From assembly GCF_018350175.1 (NCBI RefSeq), contig NC_058368.1:65970001-66034000 (forward strand): DNA of 64,000 bases, written 5' to 3'. Origin of the DNA: Felis catus (Eukaryota). This document shows positions 50,306-64,000 of the stretch, one piece after another (position 1 is the first letter of the stretch; the number at the start of each line of letters is the position of its first letter). The notes below the pieces were generated by a model, which searched no databases, had not been told where the DNA came from, and saw nothing but the letters and a program-made list of their open reading frames with translations. Made by a program: the position numbers and the translations under genes.

Positions 50306-53300
50306 ATATAAACAAGCTAAAAATTCTTAAATAATTAATTTTGTTTATCACCTTGAATATTTTGAGCTTTGACTTGATTTGTATTCAGAATAGTTTAATT
50401 ATCATGTTCTTTAAAAAGACAAAAAAGGAGATATTGAAATTTCCAGATCCTTTTGAAATATGTTGAAAAGCTTCCATCTCCTGAGTTTAGACTCCTTATT
50501 GTCTTTGATTACTGACTTCTGCTCGATTATAGCACTTACATATATTAATTCCTGTTTCCTGTCTGATGAGACCATTGTAGAAGTTTCTCTGCAAGAACGT
50601 AACAACATATCTCAAGTACGTGACCGTTTTCTTACGCAAATAAAAATATCCTATATTTTGAAATCTGTGAATATTTTTACTATGTTATTCAGTGGGAAAA
50701 TTAATCATCCAGAAGTTTGTCCTTTTGGGGAGAGTAGGAGACGCGGCTTTATTAATTTGTGATAAATAACAATATGTTTAAAATAACAAACTTGGGGAAA
50801 TACACTTTTCAATTTTAAATTCAAATGATGTCAGTTGCATAGGAAATGGAATTTATTAGGGAAAATGCTATAGCTATTTGCATAATTTTCTGGTGCTGAA
50901 ACATGAGAAAAATCTGGCTGCATATTACTGGAGCACAGTTTAACTTTGCTTTCAAAGACTCATTCACCAACCTAAGCCTCTTTCTTTCCTCAATCTCTAT
51001 GGAGCACACATAAAATATGCACTTAAGCTCATGTAAAAATAATGCATTCTTCCATTTCCCTCTAAATCACTTCACACTCTCATATGTTTGTTAATAAATT
51101 TAGTTGTCTGTCATCTCCTTTGGTATCTATTTCTGTCAGAGACTTTGTAATGGTGGTAGAGCCACTAAAATTCCAATCATCATCTTCAACAATGTTTTAT
51201 TTCTCTTTATTTTATTCATCCATGTAGCCCTGTCTCGTATCAATGATTCAGCAATAGATATCTAACAAATGTCGTCTTCTTTTTCTTCTGTTTCCTCCTA
51301 AAATCATAACAGTACTGCGGACTCCCTCCCTAATTTGCAAAATCCCCAGATTGAAGTTCTATGAAATAGTTCACTTTTGGTGAATATGACTAAACTAGAA
51401 AATTTCCATGGTGTTGAATGAAAACAGAGTCATTGCTAATCATTTCTAACTTTCATCCTGTGATGATGGGACCCAGGATCTAGCACAGTTTAACCAGAAC
51501 AAGGCTTTCTCATTAAAAAGAAAAGGAGAAAGAAAAGAAATATGCATTTTTGTGCATGATTAAACAAATAGTTATTGTTAGCCAATGGGATTAAAAATGC
51601 AGTCCCTACATTCAAAGTGATCAAATTCTAAAAGAAAAGACAAACACAGAAACAAGCAATCCTAATACAATGTGATTTGTACCAGATGTTTGGACAAGAG
51701 TCTGGAAGCAAAGAAGGGTGGGGAAAACTTGCCCATCTGCTGTTTGGGAGAGACTGAGGGAGAGGTCAGGGAAGATTTTTAGTTGATGTGGTTGGTCATT
51801 TTAATTCAAAAGGGCAGTTTTAAAAATATTAACCCTGAATTGCTTAATTCTCTTATCTATCATTACTTAGTTCTTTTTTTGTCTAGATCAAAATTCAAAC
51901 TATTCCTTCCTTGCCGAAAGCTTTTATTTCTCTCATAACTACCTTCCTTCCACATCCACCAACTTAGTAAGGATTAGGCGTGTCCACTTGTCACAGGAAA
52001 TCCAAAATAACAACGGCTTATAGAAGATGGAACAGATCTCCCCAGCTGGTGGGTTGTAAAATATACTGTTGATCAAAATCTGTGAAACTGGCTTTTCCTT
52101 CAGCATCACCTTTTCTGCAATATGGCGCTGATGTGAGTTTGTACAAAGGCAGTTCCGCTGTTTCTGTGGTCTGACTGCAGCACTCATTCACATGGTCATA
52201 CTCAAAAGATTTTTGGATGGGCTGTTCAAAAATTTTTATACTTACATTTGAGAAACCCAATCCTACTGGGGGCAAAGAGATCTTGATGTCAGTTCTGGGT
52301 GCTCCCTTTTTGTGGTGTGGTTTTGGCAAGGGTCCATCCTGGTTTGGTTGGGATTTCAGCTATTGGTTTGTGTCACTGAAGAAGTACAATTTTGTGCCTT
52401 TGTCTGACACTATCTTTCACCCAAACTCATGAGAAAATAAATATGTATTTAATAGGCAACATTTATAAGTTAATTGATGTTCAGGAAATTTAAGAGGATA
52501 ACAGGAAGAACTTTCACACAAAAGATAAGAAAAATTTGTGCAAAACTTGAACCCTGAGAATGTACGTACTAATAGTGATTGACAATGCAAAGACCAGAAA
52601 TCTACTTTGGACAGTATTGGGTACAGCAAATGTAGGTGTTTCTCTCCTGATGACCAAACTGTATAGAATGGATAAGGTCACTGATACTAAGGGTTGAATA
52701 AATCAATGAGCAACTGAAGAATTACCAGCTTTCAGATGTGTAAGGAAATCATGCACCTAGGGCATCACGCTGCCTTTGTGAAATTCCTAGCTTAATCAGT
52801 AGCAAACACATTCATAGCCCCTTAATATTAAAAAAAGGAATATATAGATGTTAAACATGATTCCCAAAAGGGAGAGGCAGAGAAAGAGAGAGGAGAGGAG
52901 AGAAAGAAAATTATTCAAACCTCCAATATTGAACATCTTCTGGATGTTTGTGGATACTGCTCCCTCGCTCTCTCTCCCATAGTCAGAAGATTTACCTATA
53001 TCACTGACAAAGAAAATAATTCTCAAGAATTCTGGATTGATTAGAAATCCAGACAGTGGTTGGTTCTTTGCCTCATGTGAACTCAACAGCAGTTGGGGAA
53101 TTAAGAGCAAATGAAAATTTTTGTGAAATCACGTGCCTATTTTTCCATAAGAGGAAAAGAATAAGGAAAAAACCTGAAAACAGCAAAATAGTAATTTGAA
53201 TCATTTATTTGGAATTTGGGAGAGAGATTGAAGTGTTCTTTTTTTTTTTTCTTGTACTAAAGAATTATCAGAAGACTGTCTGTTTTTTCAAACACTGGAG

Positions 53301-54109
53301 CCTCCTGCCGCTCGGCATTGTGTTGGCTTCCTCTGGTTCCTAAGATTCTGATTGATCTCTGCTGTCTTGTTTTGATTCAGTAGCTCCCAGAATAATCCCA
53401 AATGTACATCATCACGGGGCTATGAAGCTACATAATTATTGAGGAGGTGGGTGCTATTTTTCTTTCTGTACATGTTTAGACATTGTTCTGGGCATTATTT
53501 GATGCATGAAGTAGGCTTTACATAAGGAATACAAAAGCTGTTTTGGGTTTATTGTCACTAAGTTTTTATCCCTGTAATAAGACAATAGCACAGAATGAAT
53601 GCCCCAAAACAGAAATAGAACAAAGATGGCAGAGTGAAGAAAGGATCCAAAACACCAAAAATTCACTCACTTTTACATAATGTGATCATTAAATACATTT
53701 TGTGAAAATTTATTTTTATAATAAAGAAATAGAATCAAATTTATTGTAACTTTCCTTAGATGCACATAAAGATATTTGTGTCACAAATAATGATCACATT
53801 AGGTGAAGAATATGAGCAAAGAAATAAAACATGTAATTTAAATTTTGCTTAAAGACCCTCAGATATAATTCCAATGAAACTAGGCAAATGTGGTAATAGA
53901 GGAGGAAAAAATATTGTTAAGTTGCATCTACATGTACAAACTTAAGGGTGTACTTAGGAATCATCCCTACAAATTAAAGCAAAAACTAAACTAAGTCTCC
54001 TTCTTTATAAGTCTCCTCCTACATATTTTTTTAAATGAGGCAAAGAACAATATTTTAGATAGCTATCTCTGACTTCATTTTAATAGGTATAGCCTAAAAA
54101 ATGGCTTCT

Positions 54110-54520
54110 CCAATTGAATAACATTTCCTGGCTCCAATAACAGAAAAACAAAATGGCAGCAACCCAATCCAAATAAAATGTATTGGTCTTAGCAGTTCAC
54201 AGCACAGAGCTGATGTGGTACCTCTCTTAGCAACACGAACCCAGGATCTGTCCATCTTGTTGCTCTGCCATCCTCAACACAGGGCTGCCCAAGGGCCCAA
54301 GAGACTGATGAAGCTCATACATCACATCTCCTTTCCACTAGGAGAAAAAGAAAGCTCAAAGGAGGTCATCCCTACCTTTAAACACATTCCTTAGAAGTTG
54401 CACTCTCAAATGCAGATGGCCATCACAGGCTACAAGAGATCCAGGGAAATGTAGTCTTTATTTTGAGCAACCATGTACTTATCTGAAAGCTGGGGGTTCT
54501 GTTACTAAGAAAGGATAGAG
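54110..54520. mobile_element. Old MLT1 LTR
   Basis: ccatcttgttgctctgccatcctca...gctacaagagatccagggaaatgtagtcttta. Confidence 0.6.
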
Positions 54521-57077
54521 TTAGATAATAATTATAATAGTATAATAATATATAATAATAGTAATATAGACACAGATCCTTATAGGATAAAGGCATGAAC
54601 TGAACCATTACTCAATTAAGTTTCAGTTTAAAGAAGAAAATGAATTTAAATACTGTGTGACAAAGTTTGAACCACAGCATTCATTTTGTCTTTTATTTAT
54701 ACCTAGAGGCTCTGAAATCAAACATTCAGTTTTGTCATCTTGAGATGACATTTCAGTTTCATTAGGATTAAATGCATATAAAGAGCTCTTTGGCTTCTAA
54801 AGTTATCCCATCCACTTATTCATTCTTTGATCTATCAGCTAATGATATCTACTAATTTGAAAATTTCATTCTGTGAAATTGAGATGTTCAACTCTGTGAT
54901 AGTACAGAGTTCCTCACCAAATATATTTTCAAAACCAATGAAAGATAAAACGAAAATCAAGGCTGGTGTTATAATTTCATTAGAAGATTTATTTTGAACA
55001 AAGATGAAGTAGAGTCAATGCAACCCTTGGGGGTAAGTATGTAGAAGATAAGAAATGATGGGAAAACTGCAACAAGTCAAGAGAGATTTGGGTGACTTTA
55101 GAATAACTTTAGAATTCAGATGATTTTCCAAAGGTGGCAGACAGCAGAAAAGTGAAGACTGATAGTAAACAATCAATTATCTGCTTGTTTAAACAATTAA
55201 TATACTTGAAATATTTTTCCTCTTATAATATTAGCACCTGTTGATTTTAGCAACATCTACGGAAGGGTATAAAGAATAAAATAATTATTATTCAGCGTTC
55301 TGTCACCCAAGGAAAAAATACTAACTACTGGTGTTACATGGTGTGCTATTTTAATGTTTTACATACATTTACAATCACGTGTATTTTCTCACTGGGTTAA
55401 TATTTTGCATACTGCATTGAGAATCATCTACTCTTTGGCAAATTACTTTTTTCCCCCCAATTAACATGAGAAAATGCTTGAAATGTGGTGCTAAGTTATC
55501 TGGTAAGGCATGATGTGAATGGTTGAATAATATTTCTTCCATAATTTAACTAGTCCTATATTGGAGAAGCTGTTTGTATGTAGAATACATGCACTGCACT
55601 ACATTGGGCCTGCCCAATGCTTAATCTTGATGACATCTTTTCTTTAAATAATTTTGTATCAAATTTAATCTTTCATTTCCTCGCTTACAAAATAGGATGG
55701 ATATTAGTACCTACATCATGAGTATATGAAAAGGATCCAGAAGAGTTGCCTAATTCATAGTAAGGATTCAAGACTGAACAACAAGTTTTATTGGACATTA
55801 GAATATTTCTAATTTTATGTTATCCCAAACAGCTGTTGATCCAGAACATTGTTGGGTAAAGTATAAATTATCAGTTTGTTCAATCATACATACATGCATT
55901 CAGTCCCTCATTTAAGAAACATTTATTGGACAGTTCCCCCTCACCAAGCACTCTTCAATTTTATAATGAGCCTCTTTATTGTGTGCCTAGTAAGAACCAG
56001 TTATGATAGTTGTGGCTAAAACTTGTAGCTGAGATTATTACAGTGTTAACTGTTCAAGTGAGTGTTATTAAAACATCCAGTAAAGATCTATGAGAAGGTA
56101 AGAATCTAGGAAGGTCAAAGTGATTTTAAAAATTTGACTAGAACTATGAAAATATTCTTTCCACAGAGATTCCCCAATATTAAAATTCTTGTTTTGATCA
56201 TTCAGATGAAGTAAGTGCCACTTTCCTACCTGTAGGGGCAAAACCAGTAAGAGAAAAAGGGTCACTTTCAAAGCTGTTTCTGCACAGCCATAATGCTTTG
56301 GAGCTTAAACACTGTGCAGCCCTTCCTTACTTGTCTGATGGTCTGTTGGAAGACACGGTCAAGATAAAGGAGTCCATGTTAGTACATTTATTCACTGCTT
56401 TTTTTGTTTCTTATTTCGTTTCGTTTTTGTTTAGTGACAGTTTCTTTAGAGAATATGGAGAGTTCTGGCTAGATCTCAGGGGAAGGAATGTTCATAATGA
56501 ATAAAAGGACCTCAGAATGATGGTACCAGTCCCATCCACCAAGGGTCAAACCCTCTCCCCACCTGTTACCCTTCCAGGCCTCTCCCACATAGAAGAGAGG
56601 TCTTCCTGAATCTCAGATCCCTCTCTTGACTCTCTTCTGAGGTCCCCATCTACCCCATCTTCACAGTCTCTCTCACTGATTCCAAAATGTGACATGGGCT
56701 CATAATTACCACAGGTGGTTTATAAAAATATAGATCCCAGAGTTCCCCACCAGAAACACTAAATCAGAAACGTCTGTGTGTGGGACTTGGGGATTGTTAG
56801 TTTCTAAAAGTTTTCTGGGTGATTCTGATGCAGTCCAAAAACTGACATTTGGAAACTCTTGGCCTGTTGTCAGGGTCTGTGATGTGCTCCCCCCCATCAT
56901 CCCATGCCCTGATGTGACCTGGGTCCTGCCTCCCTCAACCTCATCTGTTGCTGTCCCAGGCCCCTTTGTACGCCACATTCCAGCCTTACTGATGACAAAT
57001 GACATTTATCAAGTGTTCTTTCATGATGGGCCTTCTACTATTTAGAAGAACTAAAGCAGTTAATATGTTTAATACAT

Positions 57078-57295
57078 AGGGATGCCTGGGTGACTGTCAG
57101 TTGAGCATCTGACTTTGGCTCCGGTCATGATCTTGCAGTTTGTGAGTTCAAGTCCCACGTGGGGCTCTGTGCTGATGGCTCAGAGCTTGGATCCTGCTTC
57201 AGATTCTGTGTCTCCCTCTCTCTCTGCTCCTCCCCTGCTCATGCTCTGTCTCTCGCTCTCAAAAATAAAATAAACACTAAAAAATTTAAATATAA
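57078..57295 (+). mobile_element. CanSINE
   Basis: Head, CT tract, A tail. Confidence 0.9.
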
Positions 57296-57439
57296 ATTTT
57301 TAACATATATAATGTGTAACATTTAATGACACTTGTATGATGTGTTAGAACCATGTCTAACACATGGAAAGTATATAATGAATGTTAATGAATTATATCT
57401 ATAATTAAATATTAATGATAGATAGCTCATGGCATGGGT

Positions 57440-58482
57440 TATTTTTTTTCCAGCTTGAGATATAATCAACATATAACACTGCGTAAGATTAAGTTATAGA
57501 ACTTATAGATTTGATGCTCATATATGTTGTGAAATGATTACCAATGGGGTGCCTGGGTGGCGCAGTCGGTTAAGTGTCCGACTTCAGCCAGGTCACGATC
57601 TCGCGGTCCATGAGTTCGAGCCCCGCGTCAGGCTCTGGGCTGATGGCTCGGAGCCTGGAGCCTGTTTCCAATTCTGTGTCTCCCTCTCTCTCTGCCCCTC
57701 CCCCGTTCATGCTCTGTCTCTCTCTGTCCCAAAAATAAATAAACATTGAAAAAAAAATTTAGAAATGATTACCAATAAGGTGAGTTAACGCATCAATCAC
57801 CTCACATAATTACTAGTTAAGTGTGTGTGGTGAGAACATTTCAGGTTTACTCTTAGAGCAACTTTCAAGTACATAATATAATATTGTTAATTATTGTCCA
57901 TATACTGTACATGAGACCCCAGATGTTATTCATCTTATGACTAGAAGTTTGTACCCTTTGAACAATGTATCTCCACTTCTCCCAATCCCCAGCCTCTGGC
58001 AATAATCAATCTACTCTCTGTGTCTTTGAGTTTGGCTTTTTTACATTGCACCTATAAGTGAGATCACACAGTATTTATCTTTCTCTAACTTACTTCACTC
58101 AGTATATGCTCTCAAGTCTCAAATGGCAGGACTTCTTCCTTTTTTATGGCCAAATAACTGTATACAGACATTTTCTTTATCCTTTTATCCATTGGTAGCA
58201 CTCAGGGTATTTCCATGTCTTGGCTATTGTAAATAATGCTGCAGTGAACACAGGTGTGTGGCAGGGTACAGATATCTCTTCAAGGTAGTGGTTTTATTTC
58301 CTCTGGATATATTCCCAGAGGTGGTATTGCTGGATTATGTGGTGGCTCCATTTTTAATGTTTTTGAGGACCCTTCATATTGTTTTCCATGGTGGCTGAAC
58401 CAACTTACATTCCCACCAACAATATACAAGGGCTCCCTTTTCACTACATCATCGCCCACAGGTATCTCTTGTCTCTTTTATC
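57440..58482 (-). mobile_element. Old L1 (L1MA/Carn-type) 3' end containing a young CanSINE (57546-57760)
   Basis: L1 3'UTR and ORF2 end motifs; SINE TSD gaaatgattaccaat. Confidence 0.85.
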
Positions 58483-59073
58483 TTAAGGGCATGTATTATT
58501 TTAGTTAATCCTCATAGCAACCCTGGGAGGTCGATACCATTAATTTCTTCATTTTACAGAGTAGGAAACATAGGTCTTTAGAAATGGAAAAGGGTGACCC
58601 AATTGTGGACATTTGTAATTTCTTGAATGTGCCATGATTTCTCTCACTTTGGTGAGGAAGGTGAGGAAACTGATATGCTGTATTCTCCAACCCTAACTCC
58701 CTGACACGTGTTTCGTTGTAGTCCCTATTCACACATCACTGGTTGTCATTGTCTGTTTTACCCATTGGTTTTGCCAAGTGGATTTTAAATTCCTTGAGCT
58801 CAGGAATCATGTTTATTAATAGATGCATTGCCAGGACTCACACTGAGTCTGACACGTGGCTAGTGTTCAGTGATTAAATAATAAGAGAAGGACACCACTC
58901 TGCAAACTGCTGCTGTGCACCTGATGATAACTAGTGAGATCTCAGGTGTAGACCCTCAAGAAGAGGTTCCTCTAGCACAAGGATAATAAGTAATAAAAAG
59001 AGATTCAGCCCTCACAGGAGCTCCAGTCATTTGGTGGCTTTCTAGAGCACAGTGGTGACAAGAAATCAGAATT

Positions 59074-59276
59074 AGGGAGTGCCTGGGTAGCAAAGTTGGT
59101 TAAGCATCCAACTCTGATTTTGGCTCAGGTCATGATCTCATGTTTATGGGTTTGAGCCCCACACCAGTCAGCACAGAGCCTGCTTGGGATTCTCTCTCTT
59201 TCTGCCCCTCCCCCGCTCACCCTCACTCTCTCTGTAGCTCCTCTCTCAAAATAAACATTAAAATTAAAAAAAAAAG
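59074..59276 (+). mobile_element. CanSINE
   Basis: Head, CT tract, A tail. Confidence 0.88.
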
Positions 59277-59682
59277 AATCTGAATAAAGTGTAGGCTCAG
59301 GGCCGAAGAACCATCACCCACATCACCTATGGTCTCAGGAGAAGGAATGTGAAGATATGGATGCTATGTAATTGTCATGCTTTTACAGTCAGACAGAAAG
59401 TCAGTAATAACACTAGACTGGATGTTAAATGACTTTAGATAGAGCGTCACAGTGGCGCTCAATAGATTGACTGCTCTTTGTTTAGGAGGTGGTTGAGTCA
59501 GACCCAGTCTTTCATAAGTTTAGTGCCATTCCTAAGTGAAATGAAATTTGAAGAACGTAAATACTAAGGGTCAGTTTTCCGGAACTAGACTTTAAATGTC
59601 TTCCTTTTTTTATTTGCTATGTGGAAACAAATAATATGGAAAAGGAAAGGGATGAGTAAAGGTAAAAAGCACAGCTTCAAAA

Positions 59683-59683
<1 letters not shown>

Positions 59684-59724
<41 letters not shown>
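59684..59724. repeat. (CA)n microsatellite
   Basis: Direct observation. Confidence 0.95.
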
Positions 59725-59727
<3 letters not shown>

Positions 59728-60752
59728 AGCTTTTATCTCATGAAAGTATAGATGATCATCTTCAAACACATCACAGAAAATGTGCTTGCCACTATCATTG
59801 ACAAAAGGTAGTAATCATTCTGCCCACGGAGTTCTAGAACTATTTCATTAATTAAGAACAAGCTTGAATTATGTTATTTAGGAACAAAAATAAGTGTAAC
59901 CTTATGATATGGGAAGAATGGTAGTGTCTGCCTCTTTCTAGAATTTAGTTTCTTCTCAGTACTTATCTTCATATACAGTGATACTTGATATTTCCACAGG
60001 AGCAAAGGAAGGAAATTGCTATTTTTTGATGAAGCATTGTGACTTTCAAGGCCTGCTTGTGTATGAATTAGGCCAAGCCTTTAGGGACACATCTAGGATA
60101 ATATTTCATAAGGATAAGATGTAGAGTTGGGAAGAAAACAGAGGATTTGAAATTTTGTGCAGTGTCACAGGAGGCAGTATGTACATATCGTTTCTAAGTG
60201 GAGATGTGCCCTATGTTATCTTGTAAGTATAGAAACCATAAACATATGGCAGCTCAATAGTTTACTGATGTCTTAAAAGTTCATTGTTTCGTTGATATTT
60301 TTTTTCTTCTTTAGTAAAATCAGAGTGGACACAAAAGGAGGAAATATGAATGCATTAGCATGAACATCTCAGCTAAGCTTTCTTAAACACCCAATGTCAT
60401 ACGATGAAAGTCCCAAATCAAATATCACATTTCATAAACGAAATGGTAACTATGTAATAAAACTATTATAAAGTGTTTTTGTCTTATTCTTTCAGTTAAT
60501 TTATGAAATATTGCTTAGGAAAAAGAAACACATACACACATACATATATTAAATGTTCTCTACTGGTGTCTTCTGGGGAAAGTAAGTGGCAACACAAATT
60601 CATCTCCTATCAGGTCATAGGACTTTATCCCCGGTATCTTTAACCATTAATAAAGCACCACAACCAGTGTTTTCTCTACCACACCACGTGTCTTCCATTC
60701 AACACTAGACATCCAACAGAAATCATTTTATAACTTTTTAAAGGCTTTTCCA

Positions 60753-62507
60753 AAGATTAGTTGGCTATACTTTTGTGGGTCCAATTCTGGAGTCTCTGTT
60801 CTATTTCATTGGTCTGTGTGTCTGTTTTTGTGCCAATACCATACTGTCTTGATGATTACAGCTTTATAGCAGAGGCTAAAGTCTGGGATTGAGATGCCTC
60901 CCACTTTGGTTTTCTTTTTCAATATTACTTTGGCTATTTGTGGTTCCATACAAATTTTAGGATTGCTTGCTCTAGCTTCAAGAAGAATGCTGGTGCAATT
61001 TTGATTGGGATTGCATTGAATGTGTAGATAGCTTTGGGTAGTATTGACATTTTAACAGTATTATTCCAATCCATGAGCACAGAATGTTTTTCCATTTCTT
61101 TATCTCTTCTTCAATTTCCTTCATAAGCTTTCTATAGTTTTTCAGCATACAGATCTTTTACATCTTTGGTTAGGTCTATTCCTAGGTATTTTATGATTCT
61201 TGGTGCAGTTGTGACTGGGATCAGTTTCTTTGTCATTCTGTTGCTTCATTATTAGTGTATAAGAATGCAACTGATTTCTGTACATTAATTTTGTATCCTG
61301 TGACTTTGCTGAATTTCATGTATCAGTTCTAGCAGACTTTTGGTGGAATCTATCGTGTTTTCCATGTATAATATCATGTCATCTGCAAAAAGTGAAAGCT
61401 TAACTTCATCTTTGCCAATTTTGATGCCTTTGATTTCCTTTTGTTGTCTGATTGCTGATGCTAGAACTTCCAACACTATGTTAAACAACAGCAGTGCGAG
61501 TGGACATCCCTGTCGTGTTCCTGATCTCAGGGGGAAAGCTCTCAGTTTTTTCCCATTGAGGATGATATTAGCTGTGGGCTTTTCATAAGTGGCTTTTATG
61601 ATGCTTAAGTATGTTGCAACCTCCACACCCGAAAAACAAATATCCAGTGAAGAAATGGGGAGAAAACATGAATAGACACTTCTCTAAAGAAGACATCCAG
61701 ATGGCCAACAGACACATGAAAAGATGCTCAACGTCACTCCTCATCAGGGAAATACATATCAAAACCACATTGAGATACCACCTCACTCCAGTCAGAGTGG
61801 CTAAAATGCACAAATCAGGAGACTATAGATGCTGGAGAGGATGTGGAGAAATGGGAACCCTCTTGCACTGTTGGTGGGAATGCAAACTGGTGTGGCCACT
61901 CTGGAAAACAGTGTGGAGGTTCCTCAAAAAATTAAAAATAGATCTACCCTATGACCCAGCAATAGCGCTGCTAGGAATTTACCCAAGGGATATGGGAATG
62001 CTGATGCATAGGGGCACTTGTACCCCAATGTTTATAGCAGCACTCTCAACAATAGCCAAATTATGGAAAGAGCCCAAATGTCCATCAACTGATGAATAGA
62101 TAAAGAAATTGTGGTTTATATACACAATAGAATACTACTTGGCAATGAGAAAGAATGAAATATGGCCTTTTGTAGCAACTTGGATGGAACTGGAGAGTGT
62201 TATGCTAAGTGAAATAAGTCAGGCAGAGAAAGACAGATACCATATGTTTTCACTCTTATGTGGAATTTGAGAAACTTAACAGAAGACCATAGGGGAGGGG
62301 AAGGAAAAAAAAAGTTAGAGAGGGAGGGAGCCAAACCATAAGAGACTCTTAAAAACTGAGAATAAACTGAGGGTTGATGGGGTGGGGGGCGGGGGTGGGA
62401 GGGAGGGGAGGGTGGGTGATGGGCATTGAGGAAGGCACCTGTTGGGAGGAGCACTGGGTGTTGTATGGAAACCAATTTGACAATAAATTTCATTAAAATA
62501 TAATAAA
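60753..62507 (+). mobile_element. 5'-inverted, truncated felid L1
   Basis: Minus-strand RT segment (GTRQGCPL...LFADDMILY) at 60753-61615 joined to plus-strand ORF2 C-terminus and 3'UTR at 61616-62507; 14-bp TSD taaaggcttttcca at 60739-60752 and 62508-62521. Confidence 0.97.
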
Positions 62508-64000
62508 TAAAGGCTTTTCCAGTTGTATATCAACAAGCTTTTCCCTCCTTTTGAATTCCAAGCATGTTAAATTCTACTCACACTCGACTTATAGGAAGAT
62601 CCATGAAATACCTTTATGTAGTTCTACAGTAGTAGGTAGGTTTTAGGGAATATTTCCAAGGTTCTAACATAACTGTAAAGGAACTATAGGTGTGAGAGCA
62701 CTTTTCAACACACAGGAAGTGGTAGAGAAAAAGAAAGGGCCTCTGTCGAAGTGTGCTCTCGAGTTCTGTCAAGTGAAATTGCTTCAATAAATCAACATAC
62801 ACACATCACTTATAGAATAACGGATGCCTGGGTGTGTTTAATGATGTCACATCACTCTTTATCAATATTAAACTTTAGAATTTATATATGTTTTAATTTC
62901 ATAAATCTGAAGTTTAAAAAAAATATTTTCCCTGTACGTACGTCCTGGAGTGAGATTTGCATATTTGCATATAGTATACAGTGAACATAACATATATAAC
63001 ATATATAATCATATTTATATAGTATATATAGACACATATCTAGTATTTTTATACATGTATTCCACCTTATATACATATGTAGTTCACATAATTTATAGTA
63101 TGTAGTATATATTTCAATTTATATGTAAATATATTTGGTTTATTTATATGTGTATGTATATCTATGCATGTGTTATAAGTTTTAGCTTTTTACAGATCCT
63201 GTATTAAATCAACAAATTTCATTTCATAAGTTCCAGTTTGATATAGCATGTATTTGTTGAAGATTAATGTTAATTATTAAAACTAGAATCTGCTATGCAA
63301 ACTTATAAGGTGTGAAAGAACATGTATTTTCAGTGAAATAGAAGGGTACAGCTTGTTCCTTCACATAAAAGTATAGCTCTCCTGATTAGATGAATTTAAT
63401 TGTCCTTTTTTTCTCAGGCAGTGCCTTTCGGTATAATTCTTTTCTCAAGCTTTGTTGAGATGTAATTTCCAAATAAAATTGCACATATTCAAAGTGTATA
63501 ACATGAGGATTTGAAATACATTTTATATAATTGTACAAATAATTCTACATAATATGTTGCCTTTGGTGTGGTCCCCATCAAAGCAATTAGGGAAGTTTGT
63601 CTGATATCCTAACAGAGAATATTTTCCTTGCTTTTATTTTTAACCTGTAGTTGCACTCAAGGTTAATTCAAAGTATCAAGAAGGTGTGACTGTGACAAGA
63701 TGTAGTGATGACAGGGGCAAATTAATGCAAGATCAGTGGCCTGGATATCGGTTCCTACCATGGGATCGTCGTCGTGAAATGAAGTCATTTTTTAATTAGA
63801 CTTTTCGTTGTAATAATAAATGTTTCTGAGACTAGACTGTCCTTAGCTTTGATGTTGGCATTTCCATTATCACTTATGAACTAAAAAGGACAGTGAGTAT
63901 AGGAAATTTAGAGAAATGACAAACTCATAATAGACTCTAGGAAAATCGTATGTGTTAAGCTTCTTTTCCTTTGTAAGAAATGCACATAGTTTGTCTGTGG

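Noticed and set aside
61285..62099. 113-aa and 162-aa ORFs as host genes
   Set aside because: They are L1 ORF2 fragments of a truncated, inverted copy. The ORFs at 16743-17465 are likewise L1-derived.
62960..63180. TA-rich low-complexity tract with ORFs
   Set aside because: Degenerate (TA)/(TG) simple repeat; the ORFs are compositional artefacts.

Overview
AT-rich, repeat-dense mammalian DNA, almost certainly from a felid, since it carries many tRNA-derived CanSINEs of the young feliform type and carnivore L1 3' ends. I find no intact host protein-coding gene: the listed ORFs are repeat-derived or chance frames. The main result is a heavily decayed endogenous bornavirus-like element of about 6 kb on the + strand (~36,528-42,500), which the ORF track misses. 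By hand translation across frameshifts it gives more than 25 colinear peptide anchors to the bornavirus L polymerase, compared with the BoDV-1 L sequence recalled from memory rather than by database search. A matrix (M)-like frame precedes it and no G lies between them. The catalytic GDN motif is deleted, and later L1 and SINE insertions interrupt the element. The rest of the window holds CanSINEs with target-site duplications (TSDs), three 5'-inverted L1s, one 5'-truncated L1, MLT/ERVL LTRs, MER DNA transposon fossils, MIR/L2 remnants and microsatellites. Repeat family names come from recognition and boundaries are approximate.
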